From: Leptogorgia sarmentosa | Taxonomy: Eukaryota | DNA: 64,000 nucleotides | Direction of reading: 5' to 3' | Assembly (NCBI GenBank): GCA_964658305.1 | Contig: OZ210885.1 | Coordinates: 11,098,001-11,162,000, forward strand | Shown here: in pieces, positions 24,501 to 39,500 of the stretch | How the letters are laid out: every line of letters starts with the position of its first letter | How positions within the stretch are numbered: the first letter of the stretch is position 1 | Made by a program: the position numbers and the translations under genes | Notes under the pieces: generated by a model | Databases searched by the model: none | Told to the model about the DNA's origin: nothing | What the model saw: only the letters and a program-made list of their open reading frames with translations

Positions 24501-27500
24501 CAAACAGCCAAGGCGAAGTGAAAAAAAACCCTTCAGTTTTAGTACAATTGCTGCCTTTTCACTCAACATGACAATCAAAAAAGGTAAATTTATTGAAATT
24601 ATTTATCTTCTTTTACATTTCATGATAAAAACACGGTTAAAATATGCTAAAATATGACACCGAAATATTTCGCCGAAAATGTTTCTTCGTACTAAAAATT
24701 ATTTCTAAAAATATATAAGAGAAATTAACTTTAATCTTAAGTAAATGAACTGGTTATAGTATTTTATTAAAAAGGATGAATTTAAGTCAGGATAAACTGC
24801 AGATTTTCGATATATATTGCATTTTTTTGCCATTAAAACAAACATACAAAAGATTTTTTATTTGCTTCGGCCATTACGTATTCAGGATTCCGGACCGTGG
24901 TCAAGATATCGTAAAATTCCGCCCGCTGGTGCAGCCAATCAGATTGCAGAAAACGCTAGGATTCCGCCCGCTGCTGATTTACAAAAAAATAAATAAACAT
25001 TCTCTTGCTTCATTTAATTCATACATACGTCACCTGGCCAATTAATTAATTAGCTTACTAGAGCTTACTAGAATTATATTAATATTAACCTAACATGTAA
25101 ATGATTATATATTAGCCGTATTTGTAAATGTATCGTGATGTTTGTCAACAGTAATTTAGTGCATGACCATAATTTGTATCAATTATTGTATTTTTTTAAC
25201 TATCTAAATCTACGCCCCTCTTGGAAACCAGCTTTTGCTAGCGCTGTAGGGGTAAGCGTAGTCAAATAAAGTTTTACCTACCCTACCTACCTGTATAGTG
25301 TCCTTTATGTGTGTAAACCTAAATGAAGTGTTGCGTTTCGTAATTACAATGCAAATGTAAATTTCATCATTCACGTTTATTAGAACAATTCTTGCTAAAT
25401 TATTGCAATATGCGCGGAAAACGCGTCACTTGTATATCACACAGTTACACAGTGCGCAAAGTCAAACATAAATTAAGAAAACCAAAAATGTTAACGTTGT
25501 TTTACAGTGTTGTTTTTCCAATTTTTAACGTTGGGCCAATCAGCGTCAACGTAATTGACTAAAATCAATACTAACATGGAAATCAACTCTATTCACAATG
25601 TTGATGTCTATTATGCCCTTGCTAAAAATTCCTTATTACGTACCGGGTTAAGTTGCTACGCATGCAATGAAGGTTACAAGTGAACATTGAAGCAGATTCG
25701 TTAATTAATGTAATTCGCATCATTATCAAATAAAATACACGCATGAGGACTCTGACAATACTAAATCTTGAATTTAGTCATTTCCCAAGTATGGACATTC
25801 GAGCAATTTCAACAGATCTTGACCTTGCATGTTATACTATATTAAGACCACAATACCTATACATCTACACTCTACCTTCTATTTAGACTTATCAGGAATC
25901 AAACAGGCATATAACTTAAATTGAAGTTACATTCATTAGAAAATAAACATTTTCAATCCATGCCATGGAGCAAAATTGGAATTCATAATTGAGTTTATGA
26001 CTTCTGGTGGGCAAGATATTTTGGATGATTGACTGTCATTCATTTTTACTTGCGCCATCCGTTGTTCTAGGATACTTTATATCCATAATCAAAAGCTCTT
26101 TCTTGTATTCATTTAAGCGTGTCTTCTCTTGATAGGGACTTTTGAGAATTGGACTGCGAATTTTCTGTTCAAATTTACGCAAACATCCGAGCGTGCATAA
26201 AATTAATTGTTCATCACTCAGGAAACAGCGGAAAAGTTTTCGGACATCTCCGGCTTATATCAGCGTGCAGCAAATTTCTCGAAGCTCGATAATATAACCT
26301 ATTCTCCGTATATTGACCCGATTAAATCAAATCGCATCAATTATCTTCGTTTTTTTTGTGAGAGTCATTTTTAATTAACGTGCCTTAGATTTTAAAATTA
26401 ATTGGGTTCCAGATGTACCAAAAATCGAAAACTACGGCCGCATAAAACATGCAGCTAAATTATTAAAATCTTAACATAAAGAAGGGGGATTAAACTTAAA
26501 ATTGAGCAGTGGCCACTAGCGAAGACCCTCGACAGAACGAATCGCAAATGGCCCAGTGAAATAACGCCAGAATCCGCCAATATGTTTTTAGCTCAGTTAC
26601 ACCAATATGCGTGCTAACTAGGAGTTACTATCGCAAGGAAGGTGCTGCTGTTGTGCTCTAACTTTAAAATCCCGGGAGAGTTATAGAATACCCGTCCACT
26701 TTTGAAACAGTGACTTGTTATCATGATACGATGATACGAAGTCAAAATAATCACGCAATGTAATGTATCCGAGTTTTTAAAAAGCCTGGGCAAGATGTAT
26801 TTTTTCGCAATACGACGACACGAAGTGAAATGTGATATACTCGAGTATTCAGAAAGCACGCGTGTGACAACCTTCGTGATACGATGATGTACGAAGTGAA
26901 AATTATTACCGTTTACCACGTTTATATCTCGTTTTTTAATCGCAAGCTCAACTAATAATAAAAAATGCGATTCAGTGCGCACATTTTGTTTATGTCCCGT
27001 TCTTTAAAAAGCAACAGCACGCTAGTTACTTAGGGTGAAGGTTTACTGTTAGGGTTAGTGTTTATTATACTATTAGTAACAGTATGTTATACAAATAATG
27101 AATGTTTATCAGTGCAATGGAAAGAATATTCGCCGAGTTGAATGGAACATTCCATCTTTCACCGAATGAAAATATTCTTACCATTGAACGAAATGAACAT
27201 TCATTATTTGTTTTACATGACACCAAAATAAATCATTGACCGGAAATACCCGACATTTTGTTTTGTTAGTTTACTAAATAAAATTCCATCGTTAAATGGT
27301 CGCGCCACGTTCATGGAATCGCCTTTAAATGCGTGCGATAATTAAAAAAAATAATTAAAACCACCGTGCAATGGAAAGAAATATTTGCACGGTTCCATCG
27401 CACGATCATGAAAATGGAATTTCCATTTTATATCATCGTAGTTGATTAATTGTTAAGTAGGAAACAACCTTTGCGAATAGAATCGAGCAAAACCTCGCCA

Positions 27501-30500
27501 ATTTACGACAGCTTAAGACTCGGCAAAGTTATTTTACTGTTCTGAAAATGTATTTTATACAAAAAGCACATGATGGTGGGAAAAAGAGGTTGTGGTGCCT
27601 TCGCATCTCGAAATTTGTTCGGTGTATGCCCTGACATAGAAGCTTCTTTTCCGTAGGAAATGTTATTTATCACGACCATTATTAACTAATGTATAATGAG
27701 AAATTTGTTTTAACCTGATCACTCTATTTCTAGCCCATGTTATTCGCAAATATATATTTTAATAAGAACTGTCTTCGCATAGTTTAATTTTAAAGGTTTT
27801 ACCGTCTTCTTGCCACAAAATAGTATTTCCTTAATATTGCAAATTAAAATTCGGATTCTTAATTATAGCTTAGGGTTATTGCATCTCACACATTTCTGGT
27901 AATGAAACAAACATCCAGCAAGAAAAAAACTATTCATTTGGTTGAATTCTTCCAGATATGGTTTGAACAATGGGGATTTTTTTTCGAATTTGCTCCCAAT
28001 TTTCAAAATAAAGATTGGAACGAAGTTAATTTACAATAATTCTAGAAACGCTTCATAATGTGTATGTGCATGTGCTATTTTACATCATGAAAATTGAATT
28101 GCAGCTCAACCTACAACAAGTAGCTAACACGTCCAAAAATAACGTTTGACAATCTCGTTTGGAAAATTATATACATACCTCGTCGTCATGAGCAATTATG
28201 ATATCATCCGAGCAGGGCACGAATTCTAACGCGGTAATGGAATCCGACCAAATGTTGTCATGTGACCATATTAACGTCGGCAAGTTTTCTTCAACATTCC
28301 AAAGCTTCACAGACCCACCGATAGACCCCGATGCAAAGCGACGTGAACGATCATGACCTCCTACCTCCCCTTTAACTTGAGAAATGGCATCCTCGTGTGC
28401 TGGGAATTTCAACTGCGAGTTATTGTTAAGATGGAACCATAACAGTTCTCCGTCATCACAACCAAGCAATGCATAGTTTGAACCAAGAGCAATAATGCAG
28501 GTGACTTTAACTTCTGGTTGACCCAAATTAATGCTGGCCTCGATATCATTAAAAGTTCTTAGTTCGATCCTGTTTGCCTCGTCAACAAAAACGAACCGGA
28601 CATCATTACTTAATAAGCAGACAAAACGTATGGCGACTCCAGATTCGGTCTTTGCGAATTGAACTATTTTAGAACACTCTATGTCGACCAGTGACAATGT
28701 CCCTGAACTGCTTCCAGACAAAGCAAATTTCCCATCCGATGTGATGTCAATTGCTGTAACTATCGAGTCGTCAGGGTGACCTGAAAGAAGTAAAACGTTT
28801 AATTAAAGTCATTTAAAGTTGTCAAGTATATCAGTTGATATTTCATAAGTACAGCAAATCAGTGAATAACACAAATTACCATAAACGTTTACGCCGGGCT
28901 CCGCTTTTTGCGAGTAATACTCAAAGAAATTAACTTATAATTTTGATGGGGGAACAACATATTTTTCGGAAAGATAAGCTTGAAATTCGAATTTCAGGAT
29001 ACTTAGACAACAATCGATCATTGTTCAAATCTTTTAGCTTGAACGAGTGGCTTTTGAATTCGTTTCATCATCTTGAATGTTTTAGCGATCTACAGCCACT
29101 CTGATTTTCAAGTTGCAAAATCAATAAAGTCTACTGTGTTATCGGAACAGTCGTGTACGTTTAGTATTGAACTGAGGTTTATTTATCACCAATATGTCCC
29201 AACAGTAAAACTGTTTGGTACCAAAATGTGGAGCGAGAAAGGATTTTTGTCGAGGTGCAGCCTTTTCCTATAGAAATGTATTGAGTCCGAGACTCTATTC
29301 ATCAGCAAACGCGCTTTGCCAAAAAGCAACGCGTTAAAATTTAAATTCAGAATGGCTGAGACTTCTTACGAGGAGAGATGCGTGTTGAAAAAAGTCGGAT
29401 GATTTAGATGGTTTCGACAGTTGGACTATGTTTCTCAGTACCAGCTGTTTTTGGCATTTTGATTTTGATGAGAAAACGCTGAGGGATATCGGGGGGTATG
29501 GATGAACTCTGAGGACATTGTTCGTACAGCCGCTGGGAAGATAGCGCGGGCTCAAATGTCGCGAATTCTGGCTATGGTGCGGACTAACAATAGCGTTATA
29601 TATCAAAATAAGGATATTGTGGTAAAGAAACGGTTAGCCAGCAGTGATTCACTCTGTTACCTTTTGCCAAATACTTTCAGTCTTATTTTTCCAAGACAAG
29701 TGCACGTCAATTGTTAACCGGATTGTTTTGCATTCATAAACTTGTTTGAGATGTTTATATTCAATGAAAATAATGTCATGGAATAAGAAATACTTCTTAA
29801 CATAGATTTGGAGCCAATTTATATAAAATCTGTCCTAATAGTCCATCTTGTCTTTATATAAAATCTTTATATACTTAGTTTTGTCGTGAATTATTGCATG
29901 CCGAGCAGGTTCAGACAAAACACTCTGTTACACCCAGATCTTTAACAAATGGGACAAATTACATACAATTACGTTTTTTCTTTTTTTTCCAAGATCGCAT
30001 TGTTTTCAGTAGCAGATCGTCATCATGCAGTTTTACGAACAATGCAGTTTAAGGATTAAGGTAAGTTGCGCGATAATGGCAATCGTAGACGATCAAACTC
30101 ATCACTGACAGTCGAATAGATAATTTATTTGAACTGGATCCCGCATTTTTAACAGCAGGATCACCCAGGAAATACAATATTGGCGTCAAAAATGACTGGA
30201 ATTACAGAATTATGGCTCGTAGTTCAGTCCTTTATAGCACTTTCAAACAGTGAGATAACTGAACTAATCTTTATAAGGTCAAAATTAAATATACATAACA
30301 TACAGTATAATGCAAATAAATTGAAAAGGATGACGGGAAAAAATTCTAGATCAGCTAAAAAAGCATTGAGATTTACATTCACCGCAGCAACGATGTGCTG
30401 CAAATCCTATAGGATTTCTATATACCACAGCAATCTTGTAGTTTTGGTATTCTTTCTCTACATGCAACACGACCTAAATAATGCATATCAGCTTGTAGAT

Positions 30501-33500
30501 ACTCGCGATGAAACCGTTTTCATTGTATTGTTTGTAATCAGAAAATAGCATGTGAAGCCATAACAATTTCTTAAATCGAATCCAATACTAATTTGAATGC
30601 ACTGTCTTTTTCGGAGAAATATATTGTCATCTAAAACGGATATTTCACAAACGTAAATTTTGCGTGTATAAAGATAGTACAATACCCTGTAGTCGCATCA
30701 ATGACTTAACAGTATTTAGAAGTTTCAAATATTCCTGCATTTACCCACCTGCATTATGCTCGACCCACCTATCTCTTGACAGTTTCCCGTGGAAAAACAA
30801 ATTATTCTGAAGCGACCCAAATAATACTCTTTTGCCGTCGGGTGATATTACTGGTGGGACGCTCGACCCTTGACGAACAGTCGATACTTGTAGTGAGTCG
30901 AGATTGATTTCACAAATATGCATATCCTGGCTGCATGTGTAAATCATGTTGCGATCGCATGCTATTTCCACTGTATAGGACGCGGGTAAAATGACTTCTT
31001 TCAAAGACGCATCAGGCTTTTGCCAGTCCCAGATGAACACATGGTTATCTTCGCATCCAATTACAACTCGCAACCCATCAGAACTAAAGCGAACAATCTC
31101 AGGTGTGCCAACGCTATCAATTCCATTGATCACACTGCCATCAGACAAATTCCACACCTTGAAAAATAAAAGGAAAAGTTGTTCTGTGTGATACGCAACA
31201 CGCGCTTATAAATAGGTCTAGTTAGTTATATTATGCGTGCACCTCAAAGCGATTAAAAACCGGAAGTTATGCAGTTTTTAAAGATTTGGATAGAGCATAA
31301 CTAGTTAGTTAATACGTTCTAGATTAGTTTTTACGTTTCAATTTCCGAGAAATACGTATTAAGTACAGACCTATAATATGACTGGACAAAGCTTCGGTAA
31401 TGTATAACTGTGGTGTTTTTGACGTTCCTACAACTTTAGGTTATAACTTGGAATAAATAAACATTGTCTGAATAAATTTCCTCCAAAAATGGTGTCTTTT
31501 TCGTTCAAATTTGCTCGTGAATGACTAATGAGGTCACACCAAGAAGTACGCCGTGTGATTCTTTGTTCTGTCACCCTGAAGGTGGTTGTTACTTTTTGTA
31601 CTCGCATCATTGCATGCACATTGTGCTTGTATTGCTCTCTTTTTACCGCAATTATAAATAAAATCATAATTTTTTACTGTGGTTATCTGTGCTGATGAAG
31701 GGGCTCCTCAGTACGAGCCCCGAACGATCAGAATATCCTTTGTGAAGCTTTTAAAAAAGTTATGACAACTTATGTGTATGTCTTGAACAGCAAAAGCATT
31801 TTCTTTATAATCCGACATGCATGCATATGCGATACCATTTACGTATCATTAAAAATTTCTAACTTCAAAAGGATGATAAATCCAGTAGTTCGAGAACAGT
31901 GGATTAATGGGCTCGAACAGGAAATTTTGCCATCTCATGAAAAAAGTGGTGCGAATGTCCCAAAAAGCATCCTTACTGAACAATTATTATAGTTTTAGTG
32001 CTTTGTATTACGTGCGTGCGATTATTAAGATATTTTACGCTATTTGTTTAAAAAGGATGTCTCCTCTCAACGCAGTAACTGTAATAGCAAAGGATCGAGT
32101 TTATAGAAAAGAGAAAAGGACATCTTCCTGGAGTCAGTCCACCCTTGTGCGAAAAAAATGAACTTGACAAACATTTTACGTTGTATCAGAATCTTTGAAA
32201 ACCCGTTTCAGTTTATAAGCGGTTCAATATGGAATTAAATGAGTCATGCGAATTAGAAAATAAAAGTAGTTGCGAAAGAGATAACAAACTTTGAAACAAG
32301 TTCAGTAAGTTTAGTAAATTGTGGTAGTGAACTCAGCAAATTTAACTATATTAGATTAAATTAGTTGCGCTCTGAATACATCCCCCAAACGAGTGCTGCG
32401 AAATTGCTTGAAATCGAAATTGTGTGAGATTTTACCTACTCCTTTACCAATCAATCAACCAACCGACAACACAAACAAATCTATGATGACAGGTAGGTTC
32501 GACCGTTCCAGCGTGTGACATGCATTTTACTAGCTACCTATAGAGATGACGGTGTCTGCTGATGTATTGCGCATGTCATAAATTTCCTGTCTCAGGCCAG
32601 AAAAACGGCAATCCAGGCAATACGAAACAAAATTTTCAGCGTGTGTATGCGTTAGGGGCGGGGGACATGCTTCAACGGGACATTTTAAAATTAATTAAGG
32701 CGCACAGAAACAGCCTCGTCCCCGGCGCTTTAAAACAATTGCGCGGTTGCGTGACACGTGCGTGGAGGAGCGAAGGGGAAAATTGCACGAGAAGGGCCTG
32801 GCAGAAAATGCAAACAAGATGGTGGACGCGAGCAAATGCACGGCGGATCACTGTGATTTAATACACTCTAGTTTGGATAATGATGTTGAAAATGTGCGCT
32901 CAGCGATTTTGGCAATGGATCAACCGTTTGGTCTGCTTATTACAAATATGCAAAATATACAGCGTATACACTATATATATTTAATACATGCATAATCAAA
33001 CATTCAAATGAGATCATTTTTGAATAAATTTAACTTCAAAAGTCATATATTGAAGTGATTCATCTATCTAATCCATGGTTCTTCGGAAAAACAGACCAAC
33101 AAGCGCGAAATTTTAAAACAAAACCAGCAAATTCAAAGTATCTCACTTTTCGACAGAAATCTCACTTTTCGATTCATTTTCTGCTTGGCGCTTCCTCCTC
33201 GCGTAGTGGGCTACTCAGACGTGTTTCCACACGCGTGTCACGTGACCGCGCATTTGTTTTAAAACCCCGGGGACGAGGCTGGCACAGAAACGCGTTTCCC
33301 GGCGTTTTCAGGCCGGAATTTGTTTTAACGATCGGTACAATCATGCATGATCTTGAGGAAAAAACCTAATGTGAATTCATAACTGTATGAGGAGAAGAGA
33401 TATTTTCCTTTGTTATGAAAGACAAGTAATTCACGACTTCATTCCCTGCAAAAAAGTGAGCGGGGGAACCACAGGCTCCAGAGCCCTCATCTTTCGCCGG

Positions 33501-36500
33501 GTCTGCCATCTACGACACAGTAGCATGCACGACGTTAGAAATTATAGGGTTATGATTTGGTTTGGAATACATAAGAAATACAATTTCCGTCACTCTAACC
33601 CTTTTTCCAATAATATAATCTTTCTAACGATTTTGTTTAATTTATGTCTTCACTGTTTATGTACGCATTTAACTGCATTTATATAACCCCGTGAAAGTTA
33701 CTGGAGAAAGTTTGGTTAGTTTATTTGAGTTCAGGAGTCTACTGGAGTTTTCGTTATATTGTATCATCAGCCTTATAACATGAGCCTTTTGTGGTGATTG
33801 TAACAGATATAAATCATTAAAGTCGATAGTTGCACACTCATTTCTGTTCCGGTTTAAAATATGTCAGTACGAAGTCCTGGAATGGATTAAATGTGAACTT
33901 ACAGGTTTCAAAACAAAGCGCATAACGCGGATGTCGTACAGTTTGAGGCAGAGTTTCCAGTCCATGCCTTCGATTATCTAGGTCTGATTCAAATCTTCTT
34001 TAAATTTAAAAACAAATTTGATATAACATCAGTAAATAAAAAATATAGTTTATGCCAATCAACCGAAATCTGCGTATTACATATACTGACACCTGCACGC
34101 TGATGATTTCCTCTCTGTTTTCTTCATGAATTATTAATGAGTTTCAGAAGTATATATACCCATGTTTTGTAAAAATTGTATACATTCCTAATAATGAATA
34201 CGCCGAGTCGAAACGTGGAACAAACAATTCAAAAAATTTCTTGTGTTCGGATGTTTGTATTTCTATATGTACAGTATTGCTAGTAGCCTTGTGTACCATA
34301 CCTTTATCGAGGACTCCGTCGAGACCTTGAAGATATACCTATCCTTTGACAGCGACACGACATAGCGATCATCAGCAGAGACTGCAACATGTTTTGCCCA
34401 TTCAAGGTCACCTATTGATCAGGAAGGAAAAATAATCAATTCAGAAATTTAAGTAAACATTAAAAGGATATTTTCTGAAACAGTCAAAAATGAGATGTGC
34501 ATGATCATGTTGGACGCGTTATTAAAATTAATGTAAAAATCTTTGCAATTTAAGGATTTATATCCAGTTAAAAGAAAACTCTTGAGGAGTGGATTAAATA
34601 CTGTATCTAATATAACTTGATACTTTAACAAGCAGCAAAATTTCTATTCACCAACTGAACGATAGACAGTGAATTTGTTTTCTAACGTTTAGGTAGTAAG
34701 TAGAACTTTTGTTGCTTGTTGATGTTATTATATCCGGCCGAACCTTCACGGGTCGTATATTGAACCTTATTTTAGTGGGCTAGACCATAAACTATCAAAA
34801 GAATGGACTGGAAAACGCACGCTGAAACTGCACAACAACCGTGATACGCTTTAAGTGGAACCACGTAACTTCACATTAAATCCTTTCCAAGACTTCGTAT
34901 AGACATATCTCAAACCAGAAGAGAAATGAGTGTGCATCTATCCGCTGTTCAAGGCAAAAACTCATTGTTGCAATAAGTGGTGAGGAATTTTATATCTTGA
35001 TATTTTGCTTGCGTTGTGTTTGTCATTGTTGTCTTTCAGTATCAAATTTTCCTTATCTCTACACTCTTCTTTATACTCCAGTAATAAACAAACAACTTCA
35101 CAGTTGCTCCATTGTACCGTTATTATTATTTACTCCTTGTGATCGCAAAGCTCACACGGGGTCACTCGATTTCTCACGGGGTCACTCGTTTATTTTGAGG
35201 AGATCGCTAGATTCACAAAATAAACCAGTCCCAAACCATAAATCTGACCCTAACCACGAGTTGGGAACCATAACCAAAGGAATGTACAGCAGTCGCGGAT
35301 ATCTTATTTTGGAGTATACCATCTAGCGATCTCCTTTATTTTAACGATCCTTCACAATTGGTAAATACAAATCGTATGCACTCGCCAACCGCGGAGTAGC
35401 CATTAATCTCTATGTATTGTCTTTCCGTAAACGAGAGGAACTCTTCGACATTTCTGAAACAAAGTGTATAAGTAGACAATCGCCAAATCTCATTAAACAT
35501 TTCCCTTTCGTCAATGATGTACGATTTGTAAATAATAAAATTCGAATAAACGAGCCAACTGCGCATGAAGTAATTTGTTTATTATATGAATACAAGGAAT
35601 AGTTTAGAAATACGGAATATTTGATACACACAGACGACAATGACAAACACAACACGAGCGAAATACCAAAATATAAAATTTCTCACCACTTATTGTTTTG
35701 TTTTCAAGTTTTATTTCGTCATTCTGCATGAAACTAGTTGAAATTTTGTAATTATGATTGGTTATAAGAATATCAAAGTAATTCTTTTCTTTACATGCAA
35801 TTATCTTAGGAAATACAAATTAACGGCAATTAACTTTATTAATTTACGAAAGCCTGCTATCCAATCAACTCTACTTAACCATCGGTTTTCTGTCTTCATA
35901 TCAGTGCAGAACGTTGCAGACAATATCAATTTAGTAAAATAAAAATGAATTTAGTCAGTGAAATGAAATGAAAACGAGATCGTCCGCAACCTATTTATAA
36001 GAAAGCTGGCCCAAATAGACAATTTGAACTATACCTTTGACAGAAAAGCACTGTGCATGTGTGTGAAGATTCCAAACTTTGAAAGTACCATCATTTGAAG
36101 CGGAAACGCAGATAGGGCCTTCACGAGCGATTGTGATATCTGTGACGTCATTATCATAGAGACTGTATTGTTCCATGTACGCAGCAGTTCCCAGGTTCCA
36201 AACCCTGATACTTTCATCCCATGACGCTGTCAATGCCTTCTTTGCATTGGGAATTATTGCGACACCGCTGAAATATTACAAGTTGATTGTTTATTTCTAA
36301 TAATAATTTTTTCTACCGAAAAAAGGCAAAGACGATCTCTGTCGGACCAATGTTATCAAAATATGCTGTATAATTTATTCATACATGATCTGGGAAATAT
36401 GTCGTATTCATCAAATTTTAGTGCAAATGAAAACTACACCTATGGTCACTTTAATTTTTGCAAAAATCTTTCTATTACTATGTCAACAATTAAGAAGATA

Positions 36501-39500
36501 GATAGATAGATAAAACCTTTATTTACATAGGGTAGTCCCGTCAGTAATAAAAATAACTGTTATCAACGGGAGCCCTATAAACATATTGTAAAGTTCAGTA
36601 CTGCAGAAAATCAACGAAAGCAACAATACAAGATAGGGTAATGAAAGATGTACAACAGGTAAAATTATGTTGCATTGGATATCATACGCTGAATTTCCTA
36701 TGTTTATCCCTCATTAAAATCTTTCTAAAGCCCAAGTCGTCCATTGCAAATAAGCACGACTATAGCCAGAAGCCAAATAGTATATTGGTGTAATAAATAG
36801 AAATTCTTGTAGCGTTGCGAACAAATGGATGACTGAAAAGTACTTTCATGGCGTTCATCTTCGCTATCTTTTCAATTCATCAATAACCGATTTCAAGAAG
36901 TAGTACGTCTAAGTGTGACTGTTAAATATCGTAATAAATTAATACAATTACACAAAACAGAATGTGTTGTATGTTAAGCTTAATGTTATGTATTGGGTCT
37001 TCGTTGTTGCCTTGCCCGCAAAACGATTCTTTCGCTAAATTAGATATAGCTGCTAGAGTGAACCCACCTGATGCTACCGGTATGACCTTCATAACAGGAA
37101 AGGGACTTTGCAGTGTGGAAACACCACAACCTCGCACTTCCTTCATGGTGTCCAGAGATAATATACTTTTTATCATCGCTCACAGCAATACTGGTAACAT
37201 AGGATTCATGACCCTTAAGAGTACGAATTTCTTGATATTTTTTTAAATCCCAAATTTTTATTGTCTCATCGTTTGAAGCAGACACAAGCATTGGATTGTT
37301 TTTTCCTGAATCTAAAAGAGAAACTTCGCACTTTAGTCGAACTGGCACAAAAAAACAAGGGAAAGCAAAGTACATGATATCCTAAATATATTCAATAACT
37401 CGATCGCTGACAGGAGAAATTTTTATATATGCATTCTGCATGTCCAGGCAATGGATTCTACAGTAGTAGAATACCGAAAGTTTATTTTGTTGGTACCGTT
37501 AGGATATTGAAGAGAAATTGACGCAAAAAGAAATTCCAATGTGTCAGGATAAATTTGAAATACTCAAAATATGGCCGAACCGTCTTGCACGTACAATAGT
37601 CATGATCACGAATGAATTGTGCAAAGTAACATCATTCTTCAAGTTAGTTTTGCATAAGCATAATGTTAAAGCTCATTACGACCGCAAGGAGGTTATGTAA
37701 TCATCCTGGTTTGTTTGTGAAATATCGAACATCTTGCACAATTGTTTGCCATTACACAAGGAAGAGATGATTACATTTTGGTTCAATTCGGCTGAGAATC
37801 AAGCAAAACATTCATGAAAAAAAACTTTCGTTCCTTTATTTTTTAATGCGTAATGAAGTTAATTGATATTCTGGATGTGTTGTGTGAATTAGTATATTTA
37901 CGGTACCAAATTTGGGTGAAAATTTATTAAGCCCCCACCATCTACTTAGTCCCCTCATCAGTCAAGCGGCCACCTGAAAGCAGGAAAACATAAATATCCC
38001 CCAAGGGGCTAAATAGAGGAAATACGGTAGTCTTTCTTGAAGCCGCTCGAATAGTTAATTTCGCAATACGTGTTTAATTGGATTTTATACAAAACAAATT
38101 TCCTTCTCGTTTAATAAAAATACATAAGAAATACGCAGTCGTAATCAACATTTAATTTGGGCCTCAAAGTTCTAAAAGTTTGTTGAAGTTATTTCAAAAT
38201 TTTATGATAATATAAGTGTTAAAACTAAGTTTAACTTCTGAAAAGTCTAAAAAGTTTTTTCCTGAGGAAATATTCGAGTACCTGAATTTATAATTGCTAT
38301 TTCTACCTATATCCATACTATATGTACTGTACATAAAGTTACGGAAAAGTCTAATGAAAGATCGTAAGAACTCTGCGTCGGTGCAATTACTCAAAACCAG
38401 AGTGTAACTGTACTGAACAGTACGTACACTGTAGCATGTACCGCAATGGGAAATTTTCATTTCTGCATTACATCATTACTAGTTTGCACATGTATTCATA
38501 CTTATGTTTGGGAACATAACTGTGTTTAACTGCTATTAACTGTTGCCTAACTGCTCTTTCATGTCAATGAGTAGCTGTGAAAATTGACTGATCGATTAAA
38601 TTCAATTATGATCACATTTATTCAAGCAACTAACCTACCAAGTTCTAACAGTACAGCACAATGTTTGTCACAACAATTATAAAACAGGTCAAACTATATA
38701 AATTTTGTCTGTTGGAATAAGAGCGTCTGAAGTCAAGATGGACAAGATAAGTCAAACGACACCTGGCTATATGTATATCTTGGCAATGGACAGTATATCT
38801 AAAACAATATTACTTTACAAACAACATTCATGTTGGCTTCCATTTGTTACTTTATCTATATAATTTCAAAAGTTAAAAACAAATGGTATAAAATGCTGTC
38901 ATATTCTGTTGTCAGCTTGTAATTCAATTCATTCTCCTGTAATTGAATTCTATTATATATTGTAGTTCAATTCGATACGTGTGCATTAATTAGATACATG
39001 TGAAACGGCTAGAATTGTTCTTGGTCGATATATCCCTATGAAATGCATTTCAGAGCAGTGGCGTAGGATGGTGGGGCACTTTCATCCCCAACTTTCATGG
39101 TTATAAGTGCCATTTTAAAAATGAAATTGACCTTCTGGATTTGTACAGCTTTCTGATAGACATGAGAATTTGCCCAAATGAACTAAAATATTTTGTAGGA
39201 TTCCATCATTCACTAGCTTTTAAATGTTTTTTTCCCAAGATGCCGCCTTGCTGATTGCAAGTTGCAAATACAGGAATAAGTTTTTATTTGAAGTTGCAAC
39301 ATTTAATAGTAAAGGTTTGGATTCTGTTCTCCCTGTGCCCCCCCCCCCCCCCCCAAACTGCAACTTGATTCCTATGCCCTTGTTTCAGAGCTTGCTTTTA
39401 TTTTTACGGCACACTATTATTCCTTACAAGAGGTCTAAACGCTAATAAAATATGCAATACCCGGCCTAAGTGCCAAGTCCTTTGAATCTACCTGTACAGT

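Larger units (their letters stand above)
14118..25292 (+). mobile_element. Degenerate CR1/L2-clade LINE (APE endonuclease + RT) split by three insertion blocks
   Basis: EN 14118-14545 (LNETRL, GGGV, IYRPP, LGDLN) resumes ~19942 (TPTRVT, ISDH). [43 protein letters not shown]. Resumes 23842 (ILPHLDYC...QNRAAR) and 24995. 3' stem-loop, AATAAA and (TACC)n tail; stops and frameshifts present. Confidence 0.9.
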
